Below, piece after piece: positions 1 to 11,394 of a DNA stretch of 18,090 bases. The number at the start of each line of letters is the position of its first letter. Positions within the stretch are counted from its first letter, which is position 1. Both the position numbers and the translations under genes were made by a program. Source of the stretch: Ginkgo biloba (taxonomy: Eukaryota > Plantae > Ginkgophyta); the NCBI GenBank assembly GCA_024626585.2, contig JANKJI020000002.1:118850968-118869057 (forward strand), in the 5' to 3' direction. Below the pieces are notes generated by a model. That model worked only from the letters and a program-made list of their open reading frames with translations. It made no database searches and was not told the origin of the DNA.

Positions 1-229
1 CACATCGGTTTGTAATAGCTTAATTGAGTGGGTTGTTGTTAATTATACACGGGTTGTCTAATGCCCAATTTGTAAATTACTAAGTGGACCCTTTGAAGCA
101 TTCAAGGCCCAATATGGCCAAATGGTTATTTACCTTGTGTTTTCAGCCTTTTCTAGACATAAGCGTTTTCTCCTAGATCATTGATGGTATGTTTTTCCCC
201 AAACTGAAGAAATGTCATTTTTCTTGATG

Positions 230-890
230 GAATGGAACTCCCAATAAAAGAAGCATATTCCTAGGTGGGCTTGTAAATTGGTGGATAATACAATTGAATT
301 AAATACATGTTGCCCTCTATATTACAAAATCTCTCAGTCTTTATGTGCAAAATTACAATTGGTTCATGAATACTTGTGTTCACTTTTTGTACATTAACAA
401 TGATAGCAATGGATTGCAATATTTGGAAAGTACATTCTTGGAGATTCTCAAGTGTAAAAGAAATGAATTTTCACATGTTGGATAAGTCTTAATGATAATT
501 AACTTTGTTGGTCCTCCACGGAACTTTTCAAATGCATGAACAAACCTTGGCACTTTTGCATGTGGACAAATTACTATAAGGCCTAACCTACGAAGAGGCT
601 TGGACCTCTACTTTAGAAGAACATAGGAATCTTTGTCATTGGCATATGATTTGGCTAGAACTTGAGCTCTCTCTCTATATGTCTTACAGGCTTAATATCT
701 CTAGCATCTTGTTGATCATTTTGTAGATCATGTGGCTCTCCATGCAATTCACTCGTGTAAATTTCAAGTTCCATGGTTGGATCACTACCATAAACATTGT
801 TGATATTTCATAATTTGATAAGAGGCAACTTGTTCTCCCATAAGGATTTTTTAGCCCCACATGAGCCTAATGCATCCTCAACCTAGTTAA
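230..890 (-). pseudogene. Degenerate Ty3/gypsy chromovirus integrase C-terminus plus chromodomain
   Basis: Manual minus-strand translation with stops/frameshifts: N*VEDALGSCGAKKSLWENKLPLIK (cf. NQxLEDMLRAC...WExxLPLxEFAYN), VYGSDPTM, ERAQVLAKSYAND (cf. AQxRxKxYAD), then HEPIVILHIKTERFCNIEGNMYLIQLYYPPIYKPT*E (cf. chromodomain EPxxIL...RN...YLxKW...TWE). Order matches chromovirus pol end. Confidence 0.6.
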
Positions 891-1128
891 TTTGTTTAGA
901 GCAAATCCAAATTTTGGGTTGCTTCTAGTTTATTCTTCACATAGTAAGAATACATATTTTTTCCTTAAAATTAGGAAAATAATAGATCTTAACCTTGATC
1001 AAATTCCTTAGCAATCATATGATCGATATCCACCATAACCTTTAGCACTAAAATACATATCAGTAATTATAATTTGGTAGTAGCACAACCATGATAATGC
1101 ATAGGTAACCAACAACAATAATCAATAA

Positions 1129-1185
1129 GATTATTCTAGAAACAACACCCCCGAACATGTGATTAATTATGATTATTCTAGAAAC
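1129..1185. repeat. 15-bp perfect direct repeat GATTATTCTAGAAAC
   Basis: Identical copies at 1129-1143 and 1171-1185. Confidence 0.85.
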
Positions 1186-1274
1186 TAGAGTTAGGCATCC
1201 TTCTATAACTAATTATAGTCGTTCATTTATGGTTAGCGGACTAACTAGAACACTTAAGGTAAAATAGGTTTGTT

Positions 1275-1395
1275 CCTTTCCCTCCCTCCCTCAAAATGCT
1301 CCATCTATAAACTATTGTTACCAAGATGATGTCTTCAAGATGCTACCACCAATATACTCCCATGATGTTATATGTACATGTGCCATCTATTTATT
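1275..1395 (-). mobile_element. Possible second chromovirus pol terminus with polypurine tract
   Basis: Minus strand reads K*MAHVHITSWE (cf. KW......ATWE) and ends in purine run GAGGGAGGGAGGGAAAGGAA. No clean TG LTR start follows. Confidence 0.3.
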
Positions 1396-2751
1396 GTGTT
1401 ATCATGGATCCATTACTTCTTGTTGCCAAGAGATCATAAATGGTTGACCATTGCTCATGAAACAAAGCTTGTTACTTATTTGTATGAACTATTACAAGGA
1501 TATTTGTCACATTAGATATATTATGTAATCCTTGTTACATTATGTTGTGATCTTTTGCTATTTGTTCATGTTATGCTAGTGATCACATCGTAATTGTTAT
1601 TGCTTAGTTGTTTTGATGAATTAATGACAAATTACTAATAGATAATTACAAGAGTTACTTGCCAATTGCAAGGAGTACCCTAACTAATATGATCATTTTG
1701 CTAAGTGGAAATAACTTATCGCTCATTTGTGAAGTGGGAGAGTCAATTTGGAAGTCAGGTTATGAGAGACGTAATTTGGGTTCTAGTCATTGATGATTAT
1801 AATGCAAATCTCTTGTTGTAATGATATTCTATCTTGCATATGGTTATGTAATGATTGATGGATGATGGTTATGTGGGTGAATGAAACATGTTGTAGCTTG
1901 TTTTTGGAGTTTGATTATACACAGACTGTTAGGATCATGGGTGAGTTTTGGCATCCACTTGTGATAGTTATGCTAGAAAGGGAACTATTTGCCAATTTTG
2001 GTTCCATTACCTTCATGATTCTGTGAATAGGCATGATTTATGGGAGGACCGCGATTTGAAAAGTATGACAATTGAATTCAACATTAATTCAAGTGGTTTG
2101 TTGTAGACAATTGTGGAGAATTGTGTTCATTGATTAAATAAGATGGGAGTTGTTTATTGAATTGGGATCACATCTTCTTCGTATGCATTGAATTTTGTTT
2201 CTTATTTTTCTAAGTTGATTGTTGGAATGTTGAAGAGATAAGAGATGGCTTGTGTAATTGCCGTAATTACCTGATAACTACCATATGGTAATTGTTGCGG
2301 TGGTCATTGGTAATTGCAAAGTGCATTTGTTAGGATAGACCCTAAAAGCCTATAAGTGGATTGCACTGGATCTTAGGCTTGTACAATCAAGTTAGTGATG
2401 AGTTTTCCCCCCTTGGATCTGGACCAATCTCTCTTCGTCCTATAAGGACCTCCCCTCATGCATTTGGGGTGTCTCCTATTAGATTGTGTAGAGGGTTGGT
2501 GATGGTTGTTCTGGGTGTCTTCTTGGAGTCCCTATGTGTGCCCTCTATGCATTTGTCTTGTCACTGAGGTCGTCTATTGGAAGAAAAAGGTGATGCTTTA
2601 GACTTTGTCTCAACATTGTGGCGTGCTCTCCACAAGGCAACATGTGGAAAGAGCTCTCTAAGGAAGAGAGCCTCCTATATTCCTAAAACAATAGTAGTAC
2701 TTCCCTCTATCTCCTAAAAGACAAGGCACTGAAAAATGAAGTGCTTCTCCA

Positions 2752-2995
2752 TCTCTACTTCAAGTGAGCAAAGTCTGCAAGATGCACTAATCTGTGGGTA
2801 AATGATGTTCTATCTCTATCTGAAGCTTATAGGAGCATACTCTAATAAATACTATAAATAGTATATGCACCTTTGTCTTTACATCAAGTGAGCAAAGTTT
2901 GTATATGTGTTGATCCCTAGGTAAATAATGTTCTATCTCCGTCTGAAGTTGATGGGAGCATACTTTGGGTAAATTATGTTTTGACTCTATGTAAG
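2752..2995. repeat. Degenerate ~124-bp tandem duplication with a ~30-bp subunit
   Basis: 2752-2843 aligns to 2876-2966 (TCAAGTGAGCAAAGT...GGTAAATRATGTTCTATCTC..TCTGAAG..GGAGCATACT), differences mostly transitions; third partial subunit GGGTAAATTATGTT at 2967. Confidence 0.85.
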
Positions 2996-4235
2996 AATGT
3001 CCAGATTGAGTATATAATATCCAAGCAAAGTGGATGAGCCTCAAACTCTGTATGGATGACACTCTAGTGTACCTTTTGTTTGCATCAAATAAATTTGCAA
3101 TATAAGTGCCTAGACTCTCTCCAACTATGCACAATCACCTGTACATAAGTTGGGCCCCCACACCTCTAATCAATAAAGAGTCATCGACCTCGCTAAAATT
3201 TTAAGCAACATCTATTTCATTGGGTAGTAAGGTCAACTCATAATCACAAATTATCCAAGAGATGCCAATCCTTACATATAAAAACAAGAAAAGTAGGAAG
3301 AAATTGGGTTAAAAAAGAAATTTTTCAAATATAAGCAACATGTTGGGGCTAGTTATGAATGGAAAGGATCAACATTTGTTAGTCATGTGTAGAAAGGTTG
3401 TCTAAGACTGTGATTGATATAAGAATAGGATGATGATGTTACATTGGCTACTACTTGAATTTATAGCAGGTTGTTATAAAAGAGTATGACCTTTCATAAA
3501 AGATGGCAACTCTTCACCTCATTAACTAATTAGNNNNNNNNNNNNNNNNNNNNNNNNNNNNNNNNNNNNNNNNNNNNNNNNNNNNAGCTGTATTTGGGCT
3601 ATAATGAGTTGTGCTCAATGTTCATAACACTTTGTTAAGTCATTTTTGGTCTTCTAGTATCATGCACATGGAATTTAAACCTTTGTGACAATAAAGGGGG
3701 TCTCTTGGTTGTGAATTTGGGTTCAGAACAATCACATTGTCATTGATGAAATAAAATAATAAAACCTTATGAGCATAAAATAAAGTAGAATCTAGATATA
3801 TTCAATGTAGTGTTGTCACAATATATAGTGTACCAAATGATTATTTGCCTCCTTCGAAACTATATCTTGATATCGCTAACTAATTGTTAAGCTAATTTCA
3901 CTCTTTCTCATCTTAAAAGATTAGTTTTGTGAACCCAATCACAACTCATTCGAGGCCCTAATATAACTCTAATTAAGCTTAAACAACCTTTAAATAAGAT
4001 TAAATAACCTAAAAAAGATGAATACATACTTAATCCATTGATACTGGTTAGTTTAGAATATGAAGGGTCACCACCTTTTGTGAAAGATTATGTGCTTTCA
4101 TAAGTAGCTACTATATACACAGGTAGTACCATATGTAAAACCATTATTCTCTTCATATGTCAATCAAGGTTATTTGGTCTTTACCAACTTCTTCTTGAAG
4201 CTTTCTCAAATTGAACCATTTGCGATTGTCTTAAG

Positions 4236-4247
4236 TGGTATCAAAGA
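4236..4247 (+). mobile_element. Possible tRNA-iMet primer-binding-site relic (TGGTATCAAAG)
   Basis: Near match to TGGTATCAGAGC preceded by TTAAG (possible decayed LTR end); no recognisable gag follows before the gap. Confidence 0.25.
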
Positions 4248-5519
4248 CACCTTTGCCATCCTGTGTATATCAATCCAATGTAGCCAAAGGAAAATCATTT
4301 AAGAAGTCCCAAAATCCAAGCAAAGGAAAGTACAATCAAAAGTCCTATTAATATTANNNNNNNNNNNNNNNNNNNNNNNNNNNNNNNNNNNNNNNNNNNN
4401 NNNNNNNNNNNNNNNNNNNNNNNNNNNNNNNNNNNNNNNNNNNNNNNNNNNNNNNNCTAGTGAGTTTGCATTTCTATCTATTCATGGTAAATTATCTTAA
4501 AAAGAAACAAGAAAATAAAGGCATTCATGTCAGTTAATAGGAAAGTGAAAAAAATGATGATTCATAAAATGTGCTACTTTTCACATAATATGTATTTACT
4601 TAGACTTAATTTGCTAACTTGCACATGATAGTAAACTGAAGTATATGATATAAACCATAAGACTACTGCATTTGACNNNNNNNNNNNNNNNNNNNNNNNN
4701 NNNNATCTATTAAATTTGTCAATAAAATTAATCAACATAAAGCTCAATTATTATTAATAGGTAACCACTCTATGAGATTGTCAAGGATAATAAAAACCAC
4801 ATAAATACCATTTAAATACCGAGCTACTTCATCATTAAGCATCCATATTCTATTATAATAAATAACCATCAAGTCATCATCATACAAAAAGAACATCCAC
4901 AATTTTTAATAATGAGGGCATGGAGGAACAATAATCATGCATTCATAAGGAGGAATCACATACTTATGGTNNNNNNNNNNNNNNNNNNNNNNNTAAGGTA
5001 TAAAATATGAATTATCCATTGTAATGATACTAAAAAGAATAGTATGAAAATAACTAAGTAAAACATTGCTACAACACTATATTTATTTATCTACAACTAT
5101 ACCAAGCATAGATTGATTACACATATTTTTCCTATGGACCCCAATCACCTTGCCACTTAAAATTGTAAAAATTTAATTTAAAAAGCTATCTTACTATGTT
5201 CTAGTACATGCTTGGTGAAACTTATCCATTACTTTAACTTCTAGATTAATTTTTCTTTATTAGAACTCTATAATGTAGTGAGTTGTTGTAATATCTCCTA
5301 ATTACTAAAGATCGCACAAAGGATGAGCAACATGAAAAAATTGGTTACATTAGCATCTTCTTGTCCTAACCTAAAGACTAGAAAATAGATTTATTGATAC
5401 CTTATAACTATTTTATTCTTCTCAACTAGGATACAAGGTCATGGATTATTAATAAGTGTATAAAATTTCTCATTAGGACTCAAGCCAAATGACTTCTATT
5501 ATTAATAATTAGTTTGACA

Positions 5520-6072
5520 AAATCAATAAACTTTTGAATTAGTGTGGGATACAACACTAGGGGTCAAGTAGGCACCTTGCATTTAGTGAGATTTCATCTA
5601 AACCTATACCATGTGAGTCCAATAGATCCATTGAGTTTCCTTTCATCCATGCCTCAACGATTCTCATGTGGACAGTATATTGTTTTGATGCATGTCACTT
5701 GTTGTGGTCCAACAATAGCAATAGCCTAGCCATTTTTTGTCGAGGTTTTGGAACCCATACGATTTTTTCTTCCCTTCATTGACATGTCTAGTTTAGCCTT
5801 CTCTAAACCTACACTTGTTTTAGTGATCTCTCTAAATTAATTTCTCTGTTGACTTTTGCCCTTCGGCTTCAAGTCTCCTTTAGGCAACTATGTGATCTTT
5901 TCTCTAGTCACTTTAATGTTTGTATTTGATTTTGGTTGGTTTGCCACTAAAATATAATACAAATTTGTTGATCAAGTCTTTGTTGAACTGGTGGCATTTC
6001 TGACTCATTAGTTTAGGTGACCCCACTTTTCTCAAGACTTTAGTCAACTCTACCTTTTCAACAATTGCTTTC
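5520..6072 (-). pseudogene. Putative decayed retrotransposon accessory ORF (plant transposon protein / PMD-like)
   Basis: Frameshifted minus-strand translation: VLRKVGSPKLMSQKCHQFNKDLINKFVLYFSGKPTKI / NIKVTREKIT / LEAEGQK / KIVWVPKPRQKMARLL / YTVHMRIVEAWMKGNSMDL / VLYPTLIQKFID. Motif spacing resembles extra ORFs of plant LTR elements; recalled similarity only. Confidence 0.4.
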
Positions 6073-6857
6073 AATGAGGGAGGTCCTTAGAAAAAACTCC
6101 AAGAATTAGGGATGGTATTATGCACCTCCTTTTGAGTAGATTTCTTTCCTTTTTGTTGCATTAGTGAAGTCTCCCTATGTTTTGAGTTACCTTGGGATTG
6201 AAGATGTCTAGCGTTCTCCTGAGATTTTGAAGATTCTTCTCGTTCTTTCTAGACTTGTTTCTATTAGTTAATGAGTGATTCTTCATCTAAACCCATGTCT
6301 TTTGAATCATGCATTAGTTGGTTTGTCATTAGTCCCTATGCTCATGTAGGTTGTCTTCCTATGTTGCCCTCCACCTAGTCCATTGTTGATTTGAGAATTT
6401 GTGCATGTATTTCATCAAGTGAAACATTATTGTCTATTTTCTTCTTTTCACACTATGTCATTGTTTTGCTTTTGGAGGAATTCATTTCCTTGGTTGCCTC
6501 GCTCCAAAAACCTTNNNNNNNNNNNNNGCCCTAGAATATCAAGGTTCAAATTTTCTAGTTCACTATCCTCCTTGTGTGTTGCTTATCTTGTGGTAGCTTG
6601 GCCTATTAATAGAAAAGATCTAAGAGTGAAGAGTCAACACTTAATTGCACCAACCCCATGTATTTTATGCTTGTTACTATTAGAGTTGCAACTTTTTTCA
6701 GAGGATGTTCATTAAGGAATCAAGAAATGATTACAATGTATTTAAAAACATCTCCTTNNNNNNNNNNNNNNNNNNNNNNNNNNNNNNNNNNNNNNNNNNN
6801 NNNNNNNNNNNNNNNNNNNNNNNNNNNNNNNNNNNNNNNNNNNNNNNNNNNNNNNNN

Positions 6858-6911
<54 letters not shown>
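6858..6911. repeat. (AG)n microsatellite, at least 27 units, abutting an assembly gap
   Basis: Pure AG run directly after the 100-N gap; true length unknown. Confidence 0.98.
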
Positions 6912-6914
<3 letters not shown>

Positions 6915-7000
6915 CATTCATAGAATTGTTCCATAGGGAAGAGTGATTTATTGCATCACTATTTCACATAAAATAGTGCATGGCATAATCCATGAGCAGA

Positions 7001-7020
7001 ATTATTCCTTAAGGAATAAT
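7001..7020. repeat. Perfect 20-bp palindrome ATTATTCCTTAAGGAATAAT
   Basis: ATTATTCCTT is the exact reverse complement of AAGGAATAAT. Confidence 0.9.
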
Positions 7021-7390
7021 GATGTAGTTCTATCATTGTTCCTTATGAAATTTTGTTGAATATACATGAATGTAGGGAGCTATGGAAATCCAACAATGGT
7101 AATTCTTCCTTATAGAATATGATGTTGAATATACACACTTTCTAGTGATGTAGAGAGATATGAAGCTAATAATTCCATTAAATCAATGCTATTCTTTATA
7201 CCATGAAGACATAAAATATATCAAAACAACAGTTAATATCAAAGACCTTCCCCACTGTCATGTGATGTATGAGAGTATATGATATTTGTATGTATAGAAA
7301 AACATTACACACGAAAGTATTGACTTGACTTACTTTAGACATATTCTAAATTTGTACTGTATATTTAAAATATTGGAAGTGTAATAAGGG

Positions 7391-7477
7391 TGGATGGATG
7401 TACATTTCCAACTTTTTTAGTGATGGAATTTAAAAGTTTATCTAAATTTATGGATGGATATACACTTCCATTTTTTT
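7391..7477. repeat. ~28-bp imperfect direct repeat, 60-bp spacing
   Basis: TGGATGGATGTACATTTCCAACTTTTTT (7391) vs TGGATGGATATACACTTCCATTTTTTT (7451). Confidence 0.8.
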
Positions 7478-7536
7478 ATATACATAGTTGATGCAGGGAA
7501 GGCGATACCAGTACATTCTAATACCAATCGATGCCA

Positions 7537-7550
7537 CATCGCCCACTCCT
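7537..7550 (-). promoter_or_regulatory. Polypurine tract and start of 3' LTR
   Basis: Minus strand AGGAGTGGG then CGATG (one change from TGATG), which would be the inverted partner of the CATCA end seen next to the PBS at 16286-16290; lies ~320 bp past the integrase end. Confidence 0.5.
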
Positions 7551-7869
7551 ATAATACTCAATGTGGGGCGTATACATTAATCCTTTCGTTTGTTTTCTCA
7601 CAACTCAATAAACATTAACCCATATGATTCAAAATATCATTTCAAACACATTCATATGCATAGGAGGGAGACATGAACTCATTCATGTTAAATCCAAATC
7701 TTATATTTCCATTATGGGCTTCCTGATTATATCTTACCCATCGACCTATTCTCAGATTATATATAATTGTCCTCCAGAGGGGTCTTCTTACAATATTACA
7801 CCACTTTTCTCTTTCATAAAGGAATTACAATCATACTTGGATCAATCTCTTGATCCCTGTAAGTGCATG

Positions 7870-8660
7870 TTTTTCTTGTACACTTTTAGCGGATACCCAT
7901 TTTCCATAAAAGTTTGAGGGGGTGAGGAGATGGTGCAAAGCTTCACTGCTTTATTAGGGAGGACATCCATGAACCTACAAGTACCAACAATTGACACTTG
8001 AATTTGCCAAGTTAGTCCTCGCATATCAAAGATGAGTGCTTGATCTAGAGGATGAAAGTTTTTGTCATTAAAAAATTTGTCGTGTTATTACTTGCTCACT
8101 CTAGACTACTTCTAAAGTTTGTAGGGCATTGTCTAGTTTCTTCCGAATCAAACAACTAGACTAGCCTCTTTATTTGAGCATCATCTAGAGTTAATATATG
8201 CACATAGGTTACTCAAAAAGTTTTAATTTCAAATTCAATGGGGAGATAAGATTTTTTACAATAAACTATCTCATGTGGGGTAAGACCAATAATCATCTAT
8301 TTAGTGATGCAGTAATCCTAGGCAACTTCTAATCGCTCTTCCTAATCTTGCTTATGTATTTCAACTATCTTGGTAATGATATGCTTAATTTCTCTATTAG
8401 TCACCTTTTCTTGTCCATTTCATAATGATAATAAGGAAAAGTTTTCTAGTGCCCAATGGAGTATTCTTGCATAGAGTCCTCAATAAATTGGTGGACAAAA
8501 TGAGTTCCCCTATCACTCACTAATTCCGTAGGAGGACCAAATCTAGTGACAATCTATTCATACAAGAAACTATCTATGGATTTAACATCATCATTTTTGG
8601 TAGCTTTTACTTCAGTCCACCTGGTTACTTAGTCTATATAAATCAAAATGTACTTGTTTA
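7870..8660 (-). pseudogene. Ty3/gypsy integrase core (rve) and C-terminus, degenerate
   Basis: NKYILIYID*VTRWTEVKA...FLYE*IVTRFGPPTELVSDRGTHF...KTFPYYHY(fs)NGQEKVTNREIKHIITKIV...GLTPHEIVYCKKSYLPIEFEIKT...NGYPLKVYKK; multiple stops, frameshift, catalytic Glu position reads Lys; no chromodomain. Confidence 0.92.
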
Positions 8661-9989
8661 ATTTCTTTCAGAAGGAATCATGGCATAGGATGATAAAGCA
8701 TATAAGAGTATGTAGTTGAATGAAATAACTTTATATTGCATGCACTTTTTTGAAGTATTCCATGAAGTCCTATCAACCCTAACTTGATCTAGACAATTGC
8801 AGCTTCCNNNNNNNNNNNNNNNNNNNNNNNNNNNNNNNNNNNNNNNNNNNNNNNNNNNNNNNNNNNNNNNNNNNNNNNNNNNNNNNNNNNNNNNNNNNNN
8901 NNNNNNNNNNNNNNNNNNNNNNNNNNNNNNNNNNNNNNNNNNNNNNNNNNNNNNNNNNNNNNNNNNNNNNNNNNNNNNNNNNNNNNNNNNNNNNNNNNNN
9001 NNNNNNNNNNNNNNNNNNNNNNNNNNNNNNNNNNNNNNNNNNNNNNNNNNNNNNNNNNNNNNNNNNNNNNNNNNNNNNNNNNNNNNNNNNNNNNNNNNNN
9101 NNNNNNNNNNNNNNNNNNNNNNNNNNNNNNNNNNNNNNNNNNNNNNNNNNNNNNNNNNNNNNNNNNNNNNNNNNNNNNNNNNNNNNNNNNNNNNNNNNNN
9201 NNNNNNNNNNNNNNNNNNNNNNNNNNNNNNNNNNNNNNNNNNNNNNNNNNNNNNNNNNNNNNNNNNNNNNNNNNNNNNTGACAATTCAACTCAACATAGA
9301 CATTGATTAGTTATTGTAGCTCATCAATGTTGTTGGCTCCCCACCCAAGAACAATGGAAGATATGGGAGAGGAAGAAGAGATGATAATATAACAGGTAGG
9401 AGGAATTTTAAAAACTCTGGTGAACATGTAGATGTGTATAGGGGAAGGCAATATATAAATAGAGGAAGGAATAATGCACCTATTAATACAAGAGTTAGAG
9501 AAGGCAATACAAAGAATGCCCTAATAGGAGGTGTAACTGGGAACCCTCTATCGAACAGGGAGAAAATATCAATTATATAATAGAGCTATGATGAATGGAA
9601 GCCGAAAGAAAAATATACATCAATAATTGAATTGACCAAATCTCCTCAAAGACCTATTATATAGGTGATTGGATGGGGTGACAGTGGCTCACAGGATGGT
9701 TCTCAAGATAAATGATTTGTATTAACTTTTCTGGTTTCGTGTTTTGGTACAGATCTTATGTTAATGTGAAATATGGACAATTGTGTAGCAGTTATTAGGT
9801 TAACTATGTAGTACTCTAGTTTTTTGTTCAATTCAGGTTCATTTTTTGGGTACTCTCCTTTGTTGGCTCATGGAAAGTTATGTAATGGTATCATTTATCC
9901 CAATAGGGCAGATTTTGCAACAGAAGGAGTAGGCACAACTTGGAGATTAAACAGTTAGATACTTGGATAAAAAACTCTAGTTTAATTAT

Positions 9990-10115
9990 TTATATCCAGT
10001 GGATAAAAAATTAGTTATATCAGCAAACCAGGGAATGATGTTCTCAACAATGAATAAATGCTCATCTTGAAACATTTCTTCTCCTATTATGCCTTCACTT
10101 TTGTCCCCATCAAAT
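9990..10115 (-). pseudogene. Pol linker between RNase H and integrase zinc finger
   Basis: EEMFQDEHLFIVENIIPWFADITNFLSTG matches the Athila-type FPDExLF...PW(Y/F)ADIxNYLxTG motif. Confidence 0.85.
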
Positions 10116-10124
10116 AATAAGTGT

Positions 10125-10550
10125 TCCCTGAATAGTCCCTCTAGTGACTAGTGGCTTATGCTTTTCACTACTTGAAGAAAGAGAGGCTATTTTGAAATTC
10201 TGAAATAATTTCTCTAGTTATTCCAGAGCTTCTTGCAATGTTTTAGCATGTGCTAAAAAGTCGTCCATAAATATTTCTATGGAGTCTTGCGTGAATTCCT
10301 TAAAGAAACTACTCATGGCCCTTTGAAATTTAATAGTGGCATTGCATAGTCCGAGTGGAAGAACCCTGCAAGCATAAGTTCCCAATGGGTAAGTGAAGGT
10401 GCTTTTCTCTAGGTCTTACTCATGAATTTGGATCTATTTATATCTTGGAAAATAATCCAAAAAAGAACAAAGTAGCCAACCTCATCAGTAAGACCATAAA
10501 TGCTAATCAACCAACCACAAGTCCTATAACATGAATGGAGTGGAAAGAAT
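10125..10550 (-). pseudogene. Ty3/gypsy reverse transcriptase core, degenerate
   Basis: LDYFPRYN(fs)IQIHE*DLEKSTFTYPLGTYACRVLPLGLCNATIKFQRAMSSFFKEFTQDSIEIFMDDF...EALE*LEKLF...SSEK...GTIQG; FMDD at 10260-10271. Confidence 0.93.
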
Positions 10551-11039
10551 GCCCAAACAACTTCCACTATAGCTAAGACTAACTTTCAAAACCCCAAAAA
10601 TGAGAAGAATCAATTCTATTTAACAAACATTGTCCATAAGGTACCCATGTGGCTACAATATTGCTTGGAATTTTGGAATCATAATAGAATATATAATAGT
10701 TGTTAAGAATATGGTTTTAGTGGAGTATAGTTCTAATATTCATAAGTTCTTATTTAGCTCTTTAATCTATAATATGGGCATATCTCCCTACTTGTAAGCA
10801 AGGTGATATTTACATATTTTATTCTAATTGTTCCACTCTTTNNNNNNNNNNNNNNNNNNNNNNNNNNNNNNNNNNNNNNNNNNNNNNNNNNNNNNNNNNN
10901 NNNNNNNNNNNNNNNNNNNNNNNNNNNNNNNNNNNNNNNNNGAACTAAATTAGCAATGCCGACTGATATACGAGCTTCTGGAAACTCATACTTCTAACTA
11001 TCAAACTTTGTTTCCAAAAAAAGAATTTAAACAAAGCCC

Positions 11040-11370
11040 TTGAAATTCTTAGGGAATTAACATCTGAAATAGTAGATTAGTGGAAAAGAAGGTTCTAGTT
11101 CCAAACCTAGCACAACGATCACTACAATATTACCTTCAAATTTTATTACTGTCTAAAACATGCTCTGCACTTGGCATGCCCTGTATAGCTTCACTAAGAC
11201 TTCAAAGAACATACCATTTATAGAGTCACGGAGTTGTCCAACTCTGTGCTTACTCTAGGACCACACACTATACCATCTTTTTCTCTGAGAAACTTAGTTG
11301 ATTTTGTGTGTCCACCTTCAACACCATTGTACCTGAGTTAATGAGCATGTGACTCCACCTATTCCCAACA
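11040..11370 (-). mobile_element. LTR-like fragment within the insert that splits RT
   Basis: Minus strand begins TGTTGGGAAT at 11370 after a purine-rich stretch (GATAGAGGAGAG) and contains CTATAAAT (TATA-like, ~11216-11223). Distal end and target-site duplication not found. Confidence 0.4.
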
Positions 11371-11394
11371 AGATCTACTCTCCTCTATCAATAA

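Noticed and set aside
155-190. Minus-strand NDLGENAY resembling integrase GPY/F-region motif
   Set aside because: Lies downstream of the chromodomain relic, wrong order; probably chance.
2787-3134. 115-aa ORF with internal peptide repeat
   Set aside because: Repeat is explained by a 124-bp DNA duplication; no recognisable domain.
4865-4900. Minus-strand MFFLYDDDLMVI resembling copia/LINE RT YxDD motif
   Set aside because: Isolated; flanking RT motifs not recognisable.
6658-6936. ORFs with ERERER / LSLSLS runs
   Set aside because: Translation of an N gap plus the (AG)n microsatellite.
7515-7526. Minus-strand TGGTATTAGAAT resembling a tRNA-iMet PBS
   Set aside because: Falls just inside the inferred 3' LTR start, no gag follows; the PPT-LTR reading fits the integrase position better.
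8658-9306. Three long ORFs of 166-208 aa
   Set aside because: Almost entirely N; artefacts. Same for ORFs at 10803, 12875 and 15140.
9307-9507. Hydrophobic 66-aa ORF resembling a membrane peptide
   Set aside because: Antisense shadow of a purine-rich strand; starts at a non-ATG codon.
10701-11370. Solo LTR bounded by TGTT...AACA
   Set aside because: Flanking 5-mers (ATAGT vs AGATC) do not form a target-site duplication and a gap lies inside; only the 11370 end is retained as LTR-like.
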